A DNA stretch of 64,000 nt from Alistipes shahii (GTDB lineage Bacteria > Bacillota_I > Bacilli_A > RFN20 > CAG-826): the NCBI GenBank assembly GCA_963598795.1, contig CAVBUY010000002.1, forward strand, positions 700 through 64,699, written 5' to 3'. The notes below the pieces were generated by a model, which worked only from the letters and a program-made list of their open reading frames with translations, searched no databases and had not been told where the DNA came from. A program made the translations under genes and the position numbers. Positions 45,303 through 55,192 of this stretch are shown here, one piece after another (the stretch's first letter is position 1; each line of letters opens with the position of its first letter).

Positions 45303-46909
45303 TTTTCGTCCTCCATCTTAATGGCGATAGGGTTCTTCGGAAGACCGGGCATAGTGACTATTTTACCCGTCAAAACCACGATGAAATTAGCCCCTGCCGA
45401 TAAATTGCATTCCCTTATCGTTATCGTATGTCCTTTAGGCGCGCCATAAACCTTCGGGTTATCGGTCAAAGAATTTGGGGTCTTAGCCATACAAATATAA
45501 GCATTGCCGAAGCCCATCTTTTCGTAAGTGGATAGCTGAGATAAGGCTTTTTCTTCAAAAACGACATCCCCGGCCCTATATATCTCTTTGCAAATGGTTT
45601 CTATTTTCTTTCTCAAAGGCCATTTGAGATCGTAAATCGGATGATAGTCGCTTTCGTAATTTTCCAACATGAATTTGGCTTTTTCGGCCAATTCGATAGA
45701 TCCGGCCCCGCCCAAACCAAAGCCATTAAGGAAGGCTACTTCATAATGGTGTTTTAGGCACCAATCTTTCAATAAGGCGGTTTCCTGCGTGGTATCGGAG
45801 GCAAAATGGTTTATAGCCACCAATACCGGCATGCCGAATTTCTTCATGTTCTCTAAATGGGTTTCTAGATTTATGAGCCCTTCTTGCAAAGCGTCTATAT
45901 TTTCTTTGCCAAGGTCATCGAATTTGACCCCGCCATGCATTTTAAGCGCCCTTATCGTCGCCACCATAATCACCAAGTCGGGATGCAAATCGCCTTCTCT
46001 GACCACGATGTCCATGAACTTCTCTGCGCCCAAATCAGCCCCAAATCCCGCTTCGGTAATGACAATCGGAGCTAACTTCAATCCCATTTTGGTGGCAATC
46101 AAAGAATTGCACCCATGGGCGATATTGGCGAAAGGACCACCATGAACCAATGCGGGCTGATGCTCCAAGGTTTGAACCAAGTTCGGTTTCAAGGCCTCTT
46201 TCATCAAACGCATGACCGCATGAGTTATTTTTAAATCTTTGACGGTAACGGGTTTTCCGTCATAAGTGTAGGCCACGATTATTTTTTCTAACCTTAAGCA
46301 AAAATCATCAGGATCTAAAGCCAAACACACAATGGCCATCATTTCTGAGGCTACGGTAATTACGAATCCGTCTTTTCTTTCCGTTCCGTTTCCTTCGCCC
46401 AATCCGACTTCTATTTCCCTTAACGCCCGATCGTTCATATCCATCGCCCTTTTCCAAACGATTCTATTAGGATCGATGTTTAGTTCATTACCTTGATAGA
46501 TATGATTATCGATTATCGCGGATATGAGATTGATGGAACTGGTCAATGCATGCATATCGCCCGTGAAATGCATATTTATGTCTTCCGAGGGAGCAATGGA
46601 GGCTAATCCTCCTCCGGTAGCTCCGCCTTTCACGCCAAACACTGGCCCTAAGGCAGGTTCTCTCAAACACAATATGCATTTTTGGCCAATTTTCCCAAAG
46701 CCCTCCGCCAAAGCGATGGAGGAAGTGGTTTTCCCTTCTCCGGCTTTAGTTGGTGTAATGGCCGTAACCAAAATAAGCTTTCCGTCTTGTTTCTTTTTCC
46801 TTTGGAGGATTTCGGGGTTTATCTTTGCCTTATATTGCCCATATGGTTCGAGAAATTGAGAGTCTATGCCAGATATGCTAGCCACCTCATTTATCTTCAA
46901 TAATTCCAT
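45296..46909 (-). CDS. fhs: formate--tetrahydrofolate ligase
   Basis: 537 aa. TPTKAGEGKTT, EPALGPVFGVKGGA, GPFANIAHGCNS. Confidence 0.93.
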   Translation of the reverse strand: MELLKINEVASISGIDSQFLEPYGQYKAKINPEILQRKKKQDGKLILVTAITPTKAGEGKTTSSIALAEGFGKIGQKCILCLREPALGPVFGVKGGATGGGLASIAPSEDINMHFTGDMHALTSSINLISAIIDNHIYQGNELNIDPNRIVWKRAMDMNDRALREIEVGLGEGNGTERKDGFVITVASEMMAIVCLALDPDDFCLRLEKIIVAYTYDGKPVTVKDLKITHAVMRLMKEALKPNLVQTLEHQPALVHGGPFANIAHGCNSLIATKMGLKLAPIVITEAGFGADLGAEKFMDIVVREGDLHPDLVIMVATIRALKMHGGVKFDDLGKENIDALQEGLINLETHLENMKKFGMPVLVAINHFASDTTQETALLKDWCLKHHYEVAFLNGFGLGGAGSIELAEKAKFMLENYESDYHPIYDLKWPLRKKIETICKEIYRAGDVVFEEKALSQLSTYEKMGFGNAYICMAKTPNSLTDNPKVYGAPKGHTITIRECNLSAGANFIVVLTGKIVTMPGLPKNPIAIKMEDEKW

Positions 46910-46915
46910 TTTAGC

Positions 46916-47794
46916 TTACCTCCTATCATTTAAATCGCTGAGGATATCCTCCAAAGAAGAAACGTTTTTGGCGGAGAATTGATGACGGAAGAAGGTTTCT
47001 TGCCGTTTAATGTATCTCCGGGTATCCAGCTTTATTAAATCTTTAGCCGTTTCTAGCGAAATGTCACCATCAATATAAGAAAATAGCTCTTTTACCCCAA
47101 TGGCTTTGAAAGCCTGGGCTTCTCTCCCGTATTTTTCAATAAGGGGGCAAGTCTCTTCCAATAAGCCATTTTTAAACATTTCGTCGACCCTTTTGTTTAC
47201 CTTGGGATATAGTTCTTCCCTATCCACGTGCAAAACATAAAACTTAGTGGGATAAATTGGCTCGTGTTTTTGTTTTTTCAAGAATTCGGTTTTAGGCTCC
47301 CCCGCGGCCAAGCAAATGTTTATGGACCTTAATATCCTTTGCCTATTTTGAACGGGGAGTTTATCAGCTTCCTCTTTATCCAATAAAGAAAGGATTTCAT
47401 GCAGTTCTTCATTAGACTTTATTTCGTATTCGGACATATCGATTTTGTCGGTGTCCAAACTCAGATCGTAGTCATATAAGGCCGCGCGGATATAAAGGCC
47501 GCTTCCGCCGACGATGATGGCGTTCTCTTTTCTAGATAGGACCTCTTCCAAAGTTTTCCTACATTCCTTTTGATAACGGGCGATCGAATAACTTTCGGAC
47601 AAATCGACATATTGGAAAAGATGATGAGGCACCTCTTCCATTTCCTCTTTGCTAGGAGAGGCCGTGGCGATAGTTAAATCCTTATAAACCTGAAAAGCGT
47701 CGCCATTAATTATCTCGGCGTCGATTCTTTTGGCCAATTCTATGGCCAAACGGCTTTTTCCGGTCCCAGTCGCTCCGGTAAGGACGATTATCAT
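46916..47794 (-). CDS. miaA: tRNA dimethylallyltransferase
   Basis: IIVLTGATGTGKSRLAIELA, IIVGGSGLY. Confidence 0.9.
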   Translation of the reverse strand: MIIVLTGATGTGKSRLAIELAKRIDAEIINGDAFQVYKDLTIATASPSKEEMEEVPHHLFQYVDLSESYSIARYQKECRKTLEEVLSRKENAIIVGGSGLYIRAALYDYDLSLDTDKIDMSEYEIKSNEELHEILSLLDKEEADKLPVQNRQRILRSINICLAAGEPKTEFLKKQKHEPIYPTKFYVLHVDREELYPKVNKRVDEMFKNGLLEETCPLIEKYGREAQAFKAIGVKELFSYIDGDISLETAKDLIKLDTRRYIKRQETFFRHQFSAKNVSSLEDILSDLNDRR

Positions 47795-49530
47795 AATAAG
47801 ATAGAACGGATCCTTTCTAAATATGCCCCGACCTCGTTAGACAAAGCTTCTTTGTTCTTTATCAACGGATCGTTGTTTATTTCGTCTTTCAAAGCCAAAA
47901 ATTCTTCTTTGCGCTTCAAATACGTTTCTTTGTTGCCTATGGACATCGCCAAGTCTTTCTTGGCTTTTTTCAATTTAAGCCCCAATTCGACATATTTTGG
48001 GTCCTTTAAGGCCTCTACTATCGTTTTGTATTCCTTTAGCAAAGGATCCAATGAAAGGATATAGGCGACGTCCTTAGCCTTATAAACGATAGGATCTCCA
48101 ACTAATTCTCCACGCAGAGAGAAAGTTTTAGATTCCGTTACCTTAACGTCGACCAGGCAACCGGTTAGATATTCCGGGCCTTTGAAATTGATCAATTTGC
48201 CGTTTTCCGCATAGCCCGAAAGAACTTCCGCGTTCTTTTTTGAAGGGCCTTCGACCAAAACCGAATAAGTGTTTCCGACCATTTTGGCAGAATGGTTGCC
48301 CGTCGTTTCCTCAATGACTTTCACCAAAGCGTTGAAACGCTCATGCTTCAATTCATCGGGAGTCTCGTCTTTTAGCAAAGCCGCGGGAGTCCCTTTCCTA
48401 GGCGAATAGATGAAAGTGAAGGCCGAGGAATAGCCAACTTCCTTGGCCAAAGACAAAGTGTCGGCGAATTCTTCGTCCGTCTCATTGGGGAAGCCGACTA
48501 TGATATCCGTGGTTAAGGCTATATCAGGCATTTTGCTTCTGATTTTATCAACCAAGGCCAAATATTCTTCTCTAGTATATCTTCTTCCCATTCTTCTTAA
48601 GCATGAACTAGACCCGGATTGGACGGGGAAATGCAGCCATTTGCGGATATTGTCGTATTTGGCCATCACCTCAATCATCTCATCCGTGAATTGGGATGGA
48701 TAGGAAGTAAGGAAGGTAAGACGCGGGATATTAAGCTTGGCCACTTCTTCTAGCAAGGTGGCGAAATTCGTTCCGTCTTTTAAATCCAAGCCATAGGAAT
48801 TAACGTTTTGCCCAAGCAAAGTTATCTGCTTATAGCCATCTTCCACCAAGCCTTTGCATTCCTTCAATATGTCTTCCATCTTCCTGGAGCGTTCTTTGCC
48901 CCTTGTATAAGGAACGATGCAATAGGTGCAAAACTTGTCGCATCCGTAGCTAATATTCACGAAAGCCTCGGAAGTGGACAAACGGGAGGAAGGCATGTCC
49001 TCAACCAATTCCCTGGGCCCGGATTCGACGTCCACTATATGCTTTTTGCTCTTCAAAACATCCGTTAGCAAAGGCAACAAACGATGGACGTTATGGGTTC
49101 CGAAAACTAAAGTGACGAACGGATATTTCTTCAATATGCTCTCGGCAAAGCCCTCTTCTTGCATCATGCATCCGCATAAGCAGAGGATGAAGTTTTTATC
49201 CTTCTCGCATTTGCTTTTGAAGGAGCCTAATTCGCCATAGACCTTATCTTCGGCGTTTTCCCTCACCGCACAAGTGTTGATGATAGCTAAATCCGCCTCA
49301 TTGGGATTTTCGGTCTTGCTATAACCGGCCATTTTCAAATAACCGGCCATAATCTCTTCGTCGCGGATGTTGGCTTGGCAGCCGAAAGTCTTTATGAAGA
49401 ATTTCTTCCCTTTGGCAAATTCCTTTAACAAGGGAGAAACTTCGACGTGATCTATCAGCCTCTCGGCTTCTTTTATTCTTTTCCTTGCCTCATTCATATT
49501 GGGAAGGGAACGATAATCGCATTTACCCAT
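47791..49530 (-). CDS. miaB: tRNA (i6A37) methylthiotransferase MiaB with ~100-aa YmcA/YlbF (RicA)-like C-terminal extension
   Basis: 579 aa. FIKTFGCQAN, radical-SAM CDKFCTYC, TRAM domain ending ..LRGELVG. The tail follows: LDPLLKEYKTIVEALKDPKYVEL...EINNDPLIKNKEALSNEVGAYLERI. Confidence 0.85.
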   Translation of the reverse strand: MGKCDYRSLPNMNEARKRIKEAERLIDHVEVSPLLKEFAKGKKFFIKTFGCQANIRDEEIMAGYLKMAGYSKTENPNEADLAIINTCAVRENAEDKVYGELGSFKSKCEKDKNFILCLCGCMMQEEGFAESILKKYPFVTLVFGTHNVHRLLPLLTDVLKSKKHIVDVESGPRELVEDMPSSRLSTSEAFVNISYGCDKFCTYCIVPYTRGKERSRKMEDILKECKGLVEDGYKQITLLGQNVNSYGLDLKDGTNFATLLEEVAKLNIPRLTFLTSYPSQFTDEMIEVMAKYDNIRKWLHFPVQSGSSSCLRRMGRRYTREEYLALVDKIRSKMPDIALTTDIIVGFPNETDEEFADTLSLAKEVGYSSAFTFIYSPRKGTPAALLKDETPDELKHERFNALVKVIEETTGNHSAKMVGNTYSVLVEGPSKKNAEVLSGYAENGKLINFKGPEYLTGCLVDVKVTESKTFSLRGELVGDPIVYKAKDVAYILSLDPLLKEYKTIVEALKDPKYVELGLKLKKAKKDLAMSIGNKETYLKRKEEFLALKDEINNDPLIKNKEALSNEVGAYLERIRSILL

Positions 49531-50302
49531 CGATATATTCCTCCAAGTGGATTCTAGATATTGATACCGTTTTAAAAGTCTCTTCGTCGACTTCCAATAA
49601 CGTGGCGTTGAATTGGCATAAGCCCATTGAAGAGAAATCCAAATAGACCTTTTTGCCTTCCAAAAATTTCTCTTTGGCGGATATGAAACTCGCCCCGATG
49701 GAACCGTTCATTATCCCGCACATCCCCACATCCGTTTGTATACCCGTTCCGGAAACTATCCTCTCATCGGCGGTTTCCACATGGGTGTGGGTTCCCAATA
49801 CGGCGCTGACCTTCGAGCAATTGTCCAACATGAACACTTGCTTCTCGGAGGTGGATTCCGCGTGGTAATCGATAATATGAATAGAAGGTTCTATCTTCTC
49901 ATATAAATTCCGCAGGGACTCTATTGGGGAGATGACCGCTTCATCCATAAAGGCGGTCCCCAATATATTGGTGACCCTTATCGGAACATTGTTACAGACA
50001 AATAGCTTTGAGCCTTTCCCGTGATGGTAGCCTATGAGGTTCAATGGCCTAACCAATTTATCGGCCTCATCGATCCATTTGTCCAAATCATGTTTGGAAT
50101 GCCAATGGTTGCCCAAGGTTATGCAATCCACGCCAAGGCTTACCAAAAATAGGTAATCGGCTTTAGTAATGCCCTTTCCGTCAGATATGTTTTCCCCGTT
50201 GACGATAAGAAAATCATATTTCCCCTCAAGCTTTTTCAAAGATGAGGAAAGAATGGATTTTCCCGCTTTGGAAACGCAGTCTCCGACGAAAAGGATACGC
50301 AT
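49523..50302 (-). CDS. ymdB: YmdB-family metallophosphoesterase (2',3'-cyclic-nucleotide phosphodiesterase)
   Basis: MRILFVGDCV...VNGEN...GNH...HAE.TSEK...GTHTHV. Confidence 0.88.
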   Translation of the reverse strand: MRILFVGDCVSKAGKSILSSSLKKLEGKYDFLIVNGENISDGKGITKADYLFLVSLGVDCITLGNHWHSKHDLDKWIDEADKLVRPLNLIGYHHGKGSKLFVCNNVPIRVTNILGTAFMDEAVISPIESLRNLYEKIEPSIHIIDYHAESTSEKQVFMLDNCSKVSAVLGTHTHVETADERIVSGTGIQTDVGMCGIMNGSIGASFISAKEKFLEGKKVYLDFSSMGLCQFNATLLEVDEETFKTVSISRIHLEEYIDG

Positions 50303-50314
50303 ATGAAATAAATC

Positions 50315-51904
50315 TTATTTGGCGGTTTCTATCGCCCTATATTCGCGAATGACCGAAACTTTGATGGTGCCAGGATAGGTCATCTCGTTTTCGATTCTCT
50401 CTTTTATTTCTATGGCCAATTTGGTGGCTTCGAGATCGCTTATCTTCTCAGGCACGACCATGACGCGGACTTCGCGTCCGGCTTGCATTGCATAAGCCGT
50501 TTGAACGCCTTCGAAATCCTTGGCGATGTTTTCTAGTTGCTCAACGCGCTTGATGTAGGTTTCAAGCGTTTCAGATCTGGCTCCTGGGCGGGCGGCGGAC
50601 AATGTATCGGCCGCCATTACCAAATTGGCGATGAAAGAAGTGGGTTCCACTTCGCCATGGTGGGAGGCAATGGCGTTTATGACCACGTCGTTCTCTCCGC
50701 ATCTCTTGGCTATTTGAACGCCCAATTGAGTGTGCGAACCTTCCATTTCGAAGTCCACCGCCTTACCGATGTCATGCAATAAGCCAGCGCGGCGGGCAAG
50801 CGTTTGATTTAAGCCGAGTTCCGCGGCCATCATGCCGCAAAGATAAGACACTTCGATTGAGTGATCCAACACGTTTTGGCCATAGGAAGTGCGGTATTTC
50901 AAACGCCCAAGCAAAGTGATGATTTCTTTGTTGAGTTTAGGAAGCCCCAAACGGAAGGCGACTTCTTCGCCGGTCTTGGACATTTCGACTTCCATGTCGC
51001 GTTTGCACTTGGCGGCGATTTCTTCGATTCTTCCCGGTTGGATACGGCCGTCTTTGACCAAATATTCCAAGGTTCTCTTGGCGATTTCCCTGCGGATGGG
51101 GTCAAAGCAGGAGACGGTTATGACTTCAGGGGTATCGTCGATAACGATATCAACGCCCAAAGTGGCTTCGATGATGCGGATGTTTCTTCCTTCGCGGCCG
51201 ATGATGCGACCCTTCATTTCGTCAGAAGGCAAAGCCACGACCGAAACCGTTCTCTCGGTAACGACTTCTTGAGCATATTTCGCGCAAGCCAAAGACAAAA
51301 GCTCGGTAGCCTTAGCTTGGGCCGTGGCTTTGGCTTCGTCTTCTTGATTCTTGATATACAAGGCAATCTCCGAAGACATTTTGGATTCCACGCGAGCCAT
51401 GATTTCGTCATGGGCTTCTTTGGTGGTCATACCCGAGACTTTTTCGAGTTCGGAGATGATCGAATCGAGTTTTTGGTCCAATATCTTGTGCTTGTTGTCC
51501 AAATCCGCCAAACGGGAATTCAAGGATTCGTTCTTGCGATCGATATCCTTTTCTTTGGTTAGCAAAGTTTCGTCGCGACGGTTGATGAGTTCTTCCCTAG
51601 CGTCGAGCTTAGCTCTTTCGCTACGGACTTCCTCGGTCATCGATTTGACGTCGCGGTCGGCTTGTTCGCGGGCTTCGAGTTCTATTCTCTTAGCTTCGCT
51701 TTTGGCATCTTTCTCGATGTTTTCGGCTTTTTTCTCAGCTTCAGCAATGATGTTGGAAGCTGAAGAACTGGCTCTCTTGGCTTTGATGGAAGGAACGAAG
51801 ACAAATACGCAAGCCACCGCTCCGCCAACGACGATGGCGCAAGCAAGGGCTATTATTGCGACGATTGCTCCGGAGAGACCTTCCCCGGTTAATAGGTTTA
51901 GCAT
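50315..51904 (-). CDS. rny: ribonuclease Y
   Basis: Start MLNLL (51904). N-terminal TM, coiled coil, KH (GRIIGREGRNIR), HD (GLLHDIGK). Confidence 0.93.
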   Translation of the reverse strand: MLNLLTGEGLSGAIVAIIALACAIVVGGAVACVFVFVPSIKAKRASSSASNIIAEAEKKAENIEKDAKSEAKRIELEAREQADRDVKSMTEEVRSERAKLDAREELINRRDETLLTKEKDIDRKNESLNSRLADLDNKHKILDQKLDSIISELEKVSGMTTKEAHDEIMARVESKMSSEIALYIKNQEDEAKATAQAKATELLSLACAKYAQEVVTERTVSVVALPSDEMKGRIIGREGRNIRIIEATLGVDIVIDDTPEVITVSCFDPIRREIAKRTLEYLVKDGRIQPGRIEEIAAKCKRDMEVEMSKTGEEVAFRLGLPKLNKEIITLLGRLKYRTSYGQNVLDHSIEVSYLCGMMAAELGLNQTLARRAGLLHDIGKAVDFEMEGSHTQLGVQIAKRCGENDVVINAIASHHGEVEPTSFIANLVMAADTLSAARPGARSETLETYIKRVEQLENIAKDFEGVQTAYAMQAGREVRVMVVPEKISDLEATKLAIEIKERIENEMTYPGTIKVSVIREYRAIETAK

Positions 51905-52160
51905 TAAAAAGACTCCTTTAAGAAGCCTCAGTACCCACTTCAAAGATTTATGTAATCGATTTATATATAAGACTAAATTTCTATATTGGTCTGCCCGAAT
52001 AGAAATTAGGGCTTAGATATTGTGGGTGCCTTAGCACAAAAAAATGATACACGAACGTTTAGGATAATTAAACCCCATAAGGGGTGGAATATTTTTTAAG
52101 TTGAAAACCGACAAGATTAAGCAAGAAAAAAGAGGCCATATTTCAGACCTCCATTTTGAA

Positions 52161-53159
52161 TTAATCGTTTTTCTCCGTTTGGGAGTTATCCCTTATTTGC
52201 TTCTCCAAATCGTTCAGCAAATCCGGGTTTGCCCTAAGGTAACGGATTGCCGCATCTCTGCCGTTAGCGATTTTTTCGTCCTTATAAACGAACCAATTGC
52301 CTGATTTGGTCAAGATGTTTTTGTTTACCGCCAAATCCAATATCTCTCCGTCGAGGTTTATTCCTTCGCCATAGATGATATCGATTTCGCAGGTCTTAAA
52401 CGGAGCGGAAACCTTGTTTTTTACGACTTTGACCTTGACGGTGTTTCCGATAATTTCATTTCGTTGCTTAATGGCTTCGGAACGTCTGATGTCGATGCGG
52501 ATCGTCGCATAGAACTTCAAAGCCCTGCCGCCGGTCGTGGTCTCGGGGTTGCCGTAAATGACGCCAACCTTCTCGCGAAGCTGATTGATGAAAATGACCA
52601 AACATCCGGTTCTATTAAGAACACCCGCCAATTTGCGCATGGCCTTTGACATCATTCTGGCTTGCAAGCCGACGTTGTTGTCGCTCATCGTCCCATCTAG
52701 TTCGGCTTGGGGAACCAAGGCGGCGACCGAATCTACGACGATTAGGTCAATGGCCCCGGATTCGGCTAGGAGTTCCACTATTTCAAGCGCTTGCTCCCCG
52801 CTATCAGGCTGAGACAAAATCAATTCGTCGATATCCACCCCGAGTTTTTGGGCATAATCGGGATCGATGGAATGCTCGGCGTCTATATAAGCGGCCCTAC
52901 CGCCCTTCTTTTGGGCTTGGGCCACGGCTTCTAAGGCCAAAGTGGTTTTTCCGGAAGATTCTGGGCCATATATCTCGACGATTCTTCCTTTCGGATATCC
53001 GCCGACTCCCAATATTTCATCTAACATCAACGAACCGGTTGGTATGACGTCGACGTCGACCTTGGCGTGTTCTCCAAGGACCATGATGGAGCCTTTTCCA
53101 TAGGCTTTCTCGATTGTGCGCAAGGCTTCTTTCAAAGCCAAATCTTTGTTTTCAGACAT
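52161..53159 (-). CDS. recA: recombinase RecA
   Basis: Start MSENKD behind [34 protein letters not shown]. Confidence 0.95.
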   Translation of the reverse strand: MSENKDLALKEALRTIEKAYGKGSIMVLGEHAKVDVDVIPTGSLMLDEILGVGGYPKGRIVEIYGPESSGKTTLALEAVAQAQKKGGRAAYIDAEHSIDPDYAQKLGVDIDELILSQPDSGEQALEIVELLAESGAIDLIVVDSVAALVPQAELDGTMSDNNVGLQARMMSKAMRKLAGVLNRTGCLVIFINQLREKVGVIYGNPETTTGGRALKFYATIRIDIRRSEAIKQRNEIIGNTVKVKVVKNKVSAPFKTCEIDIIYGEGINLDGEILDLAVNKNILTKSGNWFVYKDEKIANGRDAAIRYLRANPDLLNDLEKQIRDNSQTEKND

Positions 53160-53208
53160 AATTTCGTCCTCCAATTCATATATAGACAATCTGTTTCGCT
53201 ATTTTTCA

Positions 53209-53679
53209 TCAATTCAGCGTTTCGATCAATTTTTCCACCGCGAATTCCACGGCTTCCTCCCTAATTTCGTTTCTCTCGCCCTCAAATATCATTTTATATA
53301 CTCTAAGAGAGCCTAAGACATTGATGCCGATATAGGTTTCGCCGACTTTGGCCTTCCCTTTTTCCGCCGTTGGCCCGGCGTTCCCGGTAAAAGAGACGGC
53401 GATATCCACATCCAGCAGGTTCTTGCAATTTATGGCCAAGGCTTTTGCCACTTCTTTGCTTACCACCCCATATTCGTCTATCAAGGCTTTATCGAGCTTT
53501 AATACGCTTTCTTTGATTTTTCTATCGTAGCAAACAATAGAGCCTTTAAATACGGCGCTGGCTCCGGGAACGGAGCAAAAGTTGGAGGCAAATAACCCGG
53601 CGGTGAAGCTTTCCGCGCTCCCTAAGCTATAGCCTTTTTCTTTTAAAAGATCCAATAAGCGCTCAATTTTGCTTGTCAT
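53209..53679 (-). CDS. pncC: CinA C-terminal domain protein (nicotinamide-nucleotide amidase PncC-like)
   Basis: LGSAESFTAGL, GNAGP. Only the C-terminal CinA domain is present. Confidence 0.8.
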   Translation of the reverse strand: MTSKIERLLDLLKEKGYSLGSAESFTAGLFASNFCSVPGASAVFKGSIVCYDRKIKESVLKLDKALIDEYGVVSKEVAKALAINCKNLLDVDIAVSFTGNAGPTAEKGKAKVGETYIGINVLGSLRVYKMIFEGERNEIREEAVEFAVEKLIETLN

Positions 53680-54319
53680 TCTTGCCTCCGCCGTCAAGAG
53701 ATACGACTTTCCAGTTTTGGATTACGTAAATCAAGCCGGAGATAAAGGATACCAACGTCGCGGCATATACGAACCATAAGGCCACTCTGCCTTCTCCCCA
53801 ATTTGCGTCGAAATAGGTGAAGGGGAAACCGTTTAGCAAAACCAAGGGGATAGCAACCATTTGCAAACAGGTTTTGGCTTTGCCCCAATTGTTGGCAGCC
53901 AAGACCACGCCTTTGGAAGAGGCAACCAATCGTAAGGCATCTACCACCAAGTCCCTGACGATCATAATGATCACGCAATATAAGGGAATGGTCATTTGAG
54001 CTTCGTTAAAATGAGGGATGGTCAAATAAATGAGAATGGAATTCACCAACAATTTGTCGGCCACCGGATCCAAGAATTTCCCGAAATCGGTAATCTCGTT
54101 GTTCCTTCTGGCTAAATCCCCGTCGATTTTGTCGGTTATTGAAGCGATTATGAAAACGATGCATATGGCCAAATATACGGCGTTGATGTTTAAATCCCCG
54201 CCGATGGTCGGAACGTTTAAACCGGGAATGAAACGAAGAACGAAAAGAACTATGAGCATCAAGAAGACCATGATGATCCGAGATACCGTGATTTTGTTTG
54301 GAACGTTTAGATTTTTCAT
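53663..54319 (-). CDS. pgsA: CDP-diacylglycerol--glycerol-3-phosphate 3-phosphatidyltransferase
   Basis: DKIDGDLARRNNEITDFGKFLDPVADKL (CDP-alcohol phosphatidyltransferase motif). Confidence 0.9.
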   Translation of the reverse strand: MKNLNVPNKITVSRIIMVFLMLIVLFVLRFIPGLNVPTIGGDLNINAVYLAICIVFIIASITDKIDGDLARRNNEITDFGKFLDPVADKLLVNSILIYLTIPHFNEAQMTIPLYCVIIMIVRDLVVDALRLVASSKGVVLAANNWGKAKTCLQMVAIPLVLLNGFPFTYFDANWGEGRVALWFVYAATLVSFISGLIYVIQNWKVVSLDGGGKNDKQN

Positions 54320-54330
54320 AATTTGAGTCT

Positions 54331-54657
54331 CCGGCCCGATAAGCCATGTTTTGTCTAGGGCGACAATTTATCTCAGCTTTGCTGGAGCCTTTGCCTTCGT
54401 TTCGGCATTGGCTCTTCCCCTACCAAATTTGGGTTTCTCGCTTGAGGGGTTTACCGCGTTTCATCTTGCTATCGCTAGCAAGCTCGTCTCTGTGGCACCT
54501 TAGGGCGTCATGCCTGCTGGAGGCAATCTACCGCCGTCACGCGCTCCCGCGTGCCTAGGCTTATTTATTCGCCTAGCACAATCACTACAGCCATCTCAGG
54601 CTGTGCGAGCATGGACTTTCCTCTACTAGACTAGCTAGCAGCAGTCGCCTGGGCCGG
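54331..54657 (-). ncRNA. rnpB: RNase P RNA, type B (compact, ~327 nt)
   Basis: Reverse complement contains GUAGAGGAAAGUCCAUGCUCGCAC, GUGCCACAGAGACGA, GAAACGCGGUAAACCCCUCAAGCGAGAAACCCAAAUUUGGUAGGGGAA and ACAAAACAUGGCUUA, with P1 CCGGCCC/GGGCCGG. These match remembered B. subtilis rnpB blocks. Confidence 0.9.
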
Positions 54658-54660
54658 ATT

Positions 54661-55083
54661 TCATTCCTTTCTTAAAATCTCCTCCAATTGGGCTTCGGTG
54701 TAGCCTTTGGCTCTGAAAAACTCCTCCAGATTGTTCAAGCGCCTGATGTAGACGAGGTTTTCCGCCGTCGGTCTGTCGCTTTCTTTTATGCCGTCCAATC
54801 TATTGCTCATGGCGGCTACCTGGATTTCGTAATTCTTGGCTTCCTTATAAAGACGCTCATTATCTTCTTTGAGGGTCTTATTCGAGGATTCCAATGACCT
54901 AATCCTTTCTAGAAGGGAGGACACATATGTGTCATTTTCGGTCAGATAATGCTCGATGGTTTTGTAATCCGCTATGACTTCATCGAGAAAAAGGTCGACT
55001 TCGTAAGCGTCGTAGCCCCTTAGGTCTTTTGGGAATTTCTTCTCGTAGACCTTCTTTGAAGTTAGCTTCAAACCATCGCTCAT
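54661..55083 (-). CDS. gpsB: DivIVA-domain cell-cycle protein GpsB-like
   Basis: LTSKKVYEKKFPKDLRGYDAYEVDLFLDEVIADY. C-terminal NLVYIRRLNNLEEFF resembles GpsB NFDILKRLSNLEKHVF. It is adjacent to rnpB, as in B. subtilis. Confidence 0.7.
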   Translation of the reverse strand: MSDGLKLTSKKVYEKKFPKDLRGYDAYEVDLFLDEVIADYKTIEHYLTENDTYVSSLLERIRSLESSNKTLKEDNERLYKEAKNYEIQVAAMSNRLDGIKESDRPTAENLVYIRRLNNLEEFFRAKGYTEAQLEEILRKE

Positions 55084-55192
55084 AATGACGTAATCGATTA
55101 TATCCACGAGCCAATTCAAAGGCAATCTTAATATCACATATAGCCTTAAGGCTAAAAGTCGTGTTTTCTATGCTTGTCAAATAATTGGTGCT

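Noticed and set aside
54006-54558. ORFs 54006-54347 (-), 54030-54326 (+) and 54346-54558 (+)
   Set aside because: They overlap pgsA in alternative frames or lie inside the RNase P RNA gene.
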